Assembly (NCBI GenBank): GCA_949398915.1
Contig: CASLXJ010000002.1
Coordinates: forward strand, 1-60,679
DNA: 60,679 nt
Reading direction: 5' to 3'
DNA from: an uncultured bacterium
Lineage (GTDB): Bacteria; Bacillota; Clostridia; Christensenellales; UBA1242
Position 1 is the stretch's first letter. Each line of letters starts with the position of its first letter. A program made the translations under genes and the position numbers. Shown piece after piece: positions 56,780 through 60,679 of this stretch. The notes below the pieces were generated by a model. It worked only from the letters and a program-made list of their open reading frames with translations. It was not told the DNA's origin and did no database searches.

Positions 56780-57692
56780 ATATTCTATTGTTTGAAAATA
56801 AAACATTTTTGATTTTGTTTTCAACCGTGCTGGCAATTTCGCTGACGCCTTTGCCAAGATAATGTCTTGGGTCAAACACAGATTTATCTGTGAGACATTC
56901 GCGAACAGCGCCCGTCATTGAAAGTCTTATATCAGTATCAGTATTTATTTTGACGATGTTATGTTTTGTAACCACTTCTTCAAGCAGGTTTGCAGGTATG
57001 CCTTTTGCGCCTTTAATTTCGCCTCCAAATTTATTAACCTTTTCAAGAAGTTGTTCAGGCACTTGAGAAGCGCCATGAAGCACTAAAGGAAAGTCTGGCA
57101 AAGCTTTTTCAATTTCGCTTAATATATCAATTCTTAATGTTTGCTCGCCACTATATTTATATGCGCCATGACTTGTGCCTATTGAAATGGCAAGAAAGTC
57201 CACATTGGTTTGTTTTACAAAGTTTTGTGCGTCTAATGGGTTGGTATAAAAATGGCTTTCAGATGAAACATTGTCTTCGATACCTTTTATTTGACCAAGC
57301 TCGCCTTCGACAAGTACATTTTTAGAGTGCGCGTATAAAACGACCTTTTTTGTAAGTGCGATATTTTCTTCAAAGTTTAAACTGCTTCCGTCAATCATAA
57401 CACTATCAAAGCCAAGGTCAATTGCCTTTTGGCAAATTTCAAAAGATTTGCCGTGGTCAAGGTGTAAAAATAAATATGGAAATTCTTCTTTTGCAGTTTT
57501 TGCAAGTGCCATTGTAAAGTTGTCGCCCATATATTTAAAAGCTCCTTCACTTACAGAAACGATTGCTGGGGAATTGTTTGTTTTGCAGGCTTGCAATATA
57601 CCTTGCAAACATTCCATATTTGAAAAATTAAAAGCCCCTAATGCGTAATTATTTTTAAGTGCATCTGATAAGAAATATTTAAGATTTTTCAT
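56778..57692 (-). CDS. fba: class II fructose-1,6-bisphosphate aldolase (FbaA/tagatose-bisphosphate aldolase family)
   Basis: Motifs LHLDHG, MIDGS, EGELG, SIGTSHGAYK and LVLHGAS. AAGGAG SD. Confidence 0.9.
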   Translation of the reverse strand: MKNLKYFLSDALKNNYALGAFNFSNMECLQGILQACKTNNSPAIVSVSEGAFKYMGDNFTMALAKTAKEEFPYLFLHLDHGKSFEICQKAIDLGFDSVMIDGSSLNFEENIALTKKVVLYAHSKNVLVEGELGQIKGIEDNVSSESHFYTNPLDAQNFVKQTNVDFLAISIGTSHGAYKYSGEQTLRIDILSEIEKALPDFPLVLHGASQVPEQLLEKVNKFGGEIKGAKGIPANLLEEVVTKHNIVKINTDTDIRLSMTGAVRECLTDKSVFDPRHYLGKGVSEIASTVENKIKNVLFSNNRI

Positions 57693-57765
57693 TTAAGCTC
57701 CTTTTAATAATATTCTAACACATTTTTTTTAATATTCAAACATAATTATAAAAAGAGGTGAAAAA

Positions 57766-58422
57766 ATGAAAAAGTTTTTATTATTTATGCTTGTCCCACT
57801 GGTTGCATTGACATTGGCTGGTTGTCAAAAGAAAGTTGAGATTAAAGATGCGCTCAGTGAGGTGACGAAGGTCTATTATCAAACTTCAAATGAAGAACTT
57901 AGTGCGTCTATTTGCGTTGGTGATAGGGAAGAGCGATATGCAGTTGATGGAAAACACGGAAAAACATGCGAATTTACTTTGATTTCAATTAAGTTTAATG
58001 ATCAACAAAATGTAAACAGCATGGGGCTTGATTTTATGATAGATGGAGTTGAAACAAAAGTGGTGCTGGAGCTTAATCCAGCAAATCACATGTACATGGC
58101 CGACCTTGGCTATGCACTTAAAGATGATAGTGAGATAAGTTTAGCTTATAACGGCAAAACTTTGACTTTTGAAAATGTAAGTAAAAATTTTAGCATTGAT
58201 TACAATAAAGCAATATCTATTGCACTTGAAAACTTTGGTGATGAATTAAAACCTTTTTATAATGGTGGAAGTTTTGAAGGGGAATGTTATCTTAAGGTGT
58301 TGACTCTTCGTGATAATGGAAAGGAAGATTTATTCTGGATTTTTACTATTGTCGGCAAAGATAAGCAAACTAAAAATATTGTCTTGAATGTCAATGATGG
58401 GAATATAATTATTAAAAATTAA
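57766..58422 (+). CDS. lipoprotein, function unknown (PepSY-like C-terminal region possible)
   Basis: Lipobox TLAGC. AGAGGTG SD. Confidence 0.6.
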   Translation: MKKFLLFMLVPLVALTLAGCQKKVEIKDALSEVTKVYYQTSNEELSASICVGDREERYAVDGKHGKTCEFTLISIKFNDQQNVNSMGLDFMIDGVETKVVLELNPANHMYMADLGYALKDDSEISLAYNGKTLTFENVSKNFSIDYNKAISIALENFGDELKPFYNGGSFEGECYLKVLTLRDNGKEDLFWIFTIVGKDKQTKNIVLNVNDGNIIIKN

Positions 58423-58433
58423 ACAAAATCTAC

Positions 58434-58472
58434 AAAAAAAGAGCTTTAAAATATGATTTTAGGCTCTTTTTT
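58434..58472 (+). terminator. Rho-independent terminator
   Basis: AAAGAGC...GCTCTTT stem with an internal TAAAAT/ATTTTA extension, followed by a T-run. Confidence 0.65.
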
Positions 58473-58525
58473 ATTGAATTTGCGCCAAATTATGTTTGAT
58501 GCAAATTTTTTATAATTGCTTTTGT

Positions 58526-58554
58526 TTGTTATTTTAAAATATTTGTGTTATATT
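58526..58554 (+). promoter_or_regulatory. promoter positioned for a leaderless hflX transcript
   Basis: TTGTTA (58526-58531)-17 nt-TGtTATATT (TATATT at 58549-58554), then 6 nt, then the ATG at 58561. No SD. Confidence 0.5.
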
Positions 58555-58560
58555 AAATCT

Positions 58561-59661
58561 ATGAAAAATACAGCTATTGAAAAAGAAAATGCGGTGGTGG
58601 TTGTCATTGCAGTAAAGAAAGAAGATAACATCGAAAGAAAGAAGGCTGAGATAAATCGCCTTTGTTATTCTGCCGAGCTTAATGTTGTTGAAAACTTTTA
58701 TCAAAAGGTAAAAGATTTTAATAAGCGCACTGTTATTGGCAGTGGCAAAGTGGATGAAATCAAAGAGTATATTGCTTCTTGTGAAGAGGTGATTGATGTT
58801 GTAATTGTCGATTATGCTCTCACAGGCTCTCAAATGAAAAATCTGGCAGATGAGTTTAAGGTGAAAGTTATTGACAGGGTGGGACTGATTATTGATATAT
58901 TTGCACGCGGTGCAAAATCAAGAGAAGCTAAGCTTCAAGTTAAACTTGCCCAAGACCTTTATGTTTTGCCAAGACTCTCACAAATGCAAGGCACGAGTGG
59001 AAGATTTGGCAGTGCAGGCGTAGGAATGAGAGGTCCTGGAGAAACAAAACTTGAGCTTAACAGGCGTGTGCTTGAGAAAGAAATGGACGCTTTAAAAGTG
59101 CAAATTGAAAAGATAAAAACGCAAAGGCAATCAACAAGGCGAGAAAGATTAAAATCAAATTTACCTAAGATTGCTCTTGTCGGATATACCAATTCTGGCA
59201 AATCGTCATTGTTAAATCGACTTGTAAAAGAAAATATTTATGCGGATGACAAGTTTTTTGCAACTCTTGACACGACTACAAGAAAGCTTTATTTAGGTCA
59301 AAATGATTACGCTATTTTAACTGATACTGTAGGCTTTATTTCAGACCTTCCGCACCAACTTGTTGATGCCTTTTCATCCACTTTGGAAGAGGCTGCAGAT
59401 GCCGATTTATTACTTCATGTGGTGGATGTTTCACTTGATAAAGATATTGACGGAAAGAAAGAATATGAAGTCAATATGAAAGTCACAAATGACCTTTTAG
59501 ATTCGCTTGGCGCTACTAAAAATCGCATTATAGTATTAAATAAAAGCGACATGCTTTCAAAACCAATGCTTATAAAAGAAGATGAAATTTTGATGTCTGC
59601 AAAGAAAGGGCAGGGTATTGAAAGACTGTTGAATATGATAAAGCAGAAACTCAATATATGA
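58561..59661 (+). CDS. hflX: GTPase HflX
   Basis: N-terminal HflX domain, G1 GYTNSGKSSLLN, G3 DTVGF, G4 NKSD. Confidence 0.9.
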   Translation: MKNTAIEKENAVVVVIAVKKEDNIERKKAEINRLCYSAELNVVENFYQKVKDFNKRTVIGSGKVDEIKEYIASCEEVIDVVIVDYALTGSQMKNLADEFKVKVIDRVGLIIDIFARGAKSREAKLQVKLAQDLYVLPRLSQMQGTSGRFGSAGVGMRGPGETKLELNRRVLEKEMDALKVQIEKIKTQRQSTRRERLKSNLPKIALVGYTNSGKSSLLNRLVKENIYADDKFFATLDTTTRKLYLGQNDYAILTDTVGFISDLPHQLVDAFSSTLEEAADADLLLHVVDVSLDKDIDGKKEYEVNMKVTNDLLDSLGATKNRIIVLNKSDMLSKPMLIKEDEILMSAKKGQGIERLLNMIKQKLNI

Positions 59662-59692
59662 AAAAATGCACGAATTTTATCGTGCTTTTTTT
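59661..59692. terminator. bidirectional-shaped terminator between hflX and the convergent DUF1858 gene
   Basis: GCACG (59668-59672) pairs with CGTGC (59681-59685), flanked by A6 and T7. Confidence 0.7.
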
Positions 59693-59712
59693 GTATTATA
59701 TTATCAATAAGC

Positions 59713-59937
59713 TCATTTGTTTGCTTTGTAAGCTTCGTTTAATTTTTGAATCAAAAAATCAACATCCACTTGGTGAACAAAAGCTGCTTCTTCAACTGTC
59801 TCTTCCATTCCTAAATGACAGAATATGCAGTGCATACCAAAGCCCATAAAAATATCGCCTAGACTTTCATCAAGTTTAAGCACATCATCAATAATCATAT
59901 CTTTTGTAATTGTTTTCTTATTTTCTTTCTTTTTCAT
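59713..59937 (-). CDS. DUF1858-domain protein (74 aa)
   Basis: ITKDMIIDDVL......IFMGFGMHCIFCHLGMEETVEEAAFVHQVDVDFLIQKLN is typical of DUF1858. The start is set at 59937 because the upstream 18 nt of the tracked ORF overlap a consensus promoter. Confidence 0.7.
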   Translation of the reverse strand: MKKKENKKTITKDMIIDDVLKLDESLGDIFMGFGMHCIFCHLGMEETVEEAAFVHQVDVDFLIQKLNEAYKANK

Positions 59938-59943
59938 GCCTAA

Positions 59944-59972
59944 ATTATAAATCAAAATAATAAAAATGTCAA
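59944..59972 (-). promoter_or_regulatory. perfect consensus sigma-A promoter positioned for a leaderless transcript
   Basis: Minus strand TTGACA (complement of 59967-59972)-17 nt-TATAAT (complement of 59944-59949), then 6 nt (TTAGGC), then the ATG at 59937. Confidence 0.7.
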
Positions 59973-60027
59973 AAAAAATATATAAATTACAAAAAAATGT
60001 TCTAAATTTAAAATAGTTTAATAAATT

Positions 60028-60679
60028 ATGAGTATGGAACAGATAAGTAAAATAATTTCAAAAAAAGTCATCTCGTTAGAGGATGCAAGTGGACTCGGCT
60101 ATGTGCTGGATGTAATTTTTGACGATCAGATAAAGACATTTACAGGTCTTATTATTGTAGATGATGAAAGTGAAAATTCTTTTGTATTGCAAAGAGAGGA
60201 TATTTATTCTATGGGTGATGAGACCGTTATGGTTAAGTCTGCCGATAAGCTTATGTTTAATATTTCGAATAAGTCAAACAATCCTGTTGGGAAGATTGTC
60301 TATGATTGCAATGGCAATAATTTAGGACAGGTGATTGATGTGCAATTGCAGGGTAAAACAGTAAAAAAGTTGATGACCACCATGTGCGAATTTCCTCAGA
60401 AATTTGTAAGGAAATCGGGGGATAACTTTATCATTTTTGGAGCCTATAAAAAGGAAAAAAAAGAGAAGAAAACTTTCAAAGAAGAGGTAGGGACTTTCAA
60501 TAGTCAGATATTGCCTCAAGTGACCATTTCACAAGCAATAAACAGTGTTGCGACAATGGAAATTCCTAAGAGAGTTTATATAGGTGAAAATTCATTGATT
60601 GGAAGGGTTATGACAAATGATATTTTTGGATACAATAATGAAATTATTGTTCAAAAAAATGAAATAATAAGTCAAAAAA
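60028..60679 (+). CDS. PRC-barrel-domain protein (YlmC/YmxH-like modules), 3'-truncated by the window edge
   Basis: My own translation is open from ATG 60028 to the window end: MSMEQISKIISKKVISLEDASGLGYVLDVIFDD...GKIVYDCNGNNLGQVIDVQL... It is not in the ORF track because no stop codon falls within the window. Confidence 0.5.
   Translation, partial: MSMEQISKIISKKVISLEDASGLGYVLDVIFDDQIKTFTGLIIVDDESENSFVLQREDIYSMGDETVMVKSADKLMFNISNKSNNPVGKIVYDCNGNNLGQVIDVQLQGKTVKKLMTTMCEFPQKFVRKSGDNFIIFGAYKKEKKEKKTFKEEVGTFNSQILPQVTISQAINSVATMEIPKRVYIGENSLIGRVMTNDIFGYNNEIIVQKNEIISQK

Overview
AT-rich chromosomal segment (G+C looks like roughly one third; not computed) from an endospore-forming Firmicute. I support about 58 CDS and one tRNA. 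Most are housekeeping genes: queH, signal peptidase I, HU, rubrerythrin, comFC, recD2, cysS, rplJ-rplL with an L10 leader, leuS, ftsH, a P-type ATPase, cca, pth, mfd, acpP, fba and hflX. Sporulation and germination genes are interleaved: a gerA-type A/B/C receptor operon, a SpoVB/MurJ-like flippase, two DUF421 genes plus DUF4363, a SpoIIQ-like M23 protein, spoIIID, and PRC-barrel and LysM proteins. I found no CRISPR array, IS element, integrase, prophage or toxin-antitoxin pair, and no recognisable defence genes, so I cannot point to a convincing novel multi-gene system. The items most worth follow-up are listed here. (1) A 554-aa BclA-like collagen-repeat protein has a Cys/His-rich N-terminus, and its motif recurs in a 63-aa peptide gene at the left edge. 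(2) Five to six genes have a sigma-A -10 hexamer exactly 6 nt upstream of an ATG with no Shine-Dalgarno sequence, implying leaderless mRNAs. (3) A 459-aa protein looks like two fused ThyX folds with complementary loss of active-site motifs; it sits beside a 583-aa ankyrin-repeat protein in a block that interrupts the usual cysS...rplKAJL-rpoBC neighbourhood. (4) A truncated, motif-degenerate GlmU-like protein sits in the conserved glmU position upstream of pth-mfd. (5) A 52-aa LysM mini-protein is missing from the ORF track. (6) The GerAC subunit lacks a lipobox Cys and carries a Gly/Ser-rich insert. All functional calls come from motif recognition by eye; no database search was run.
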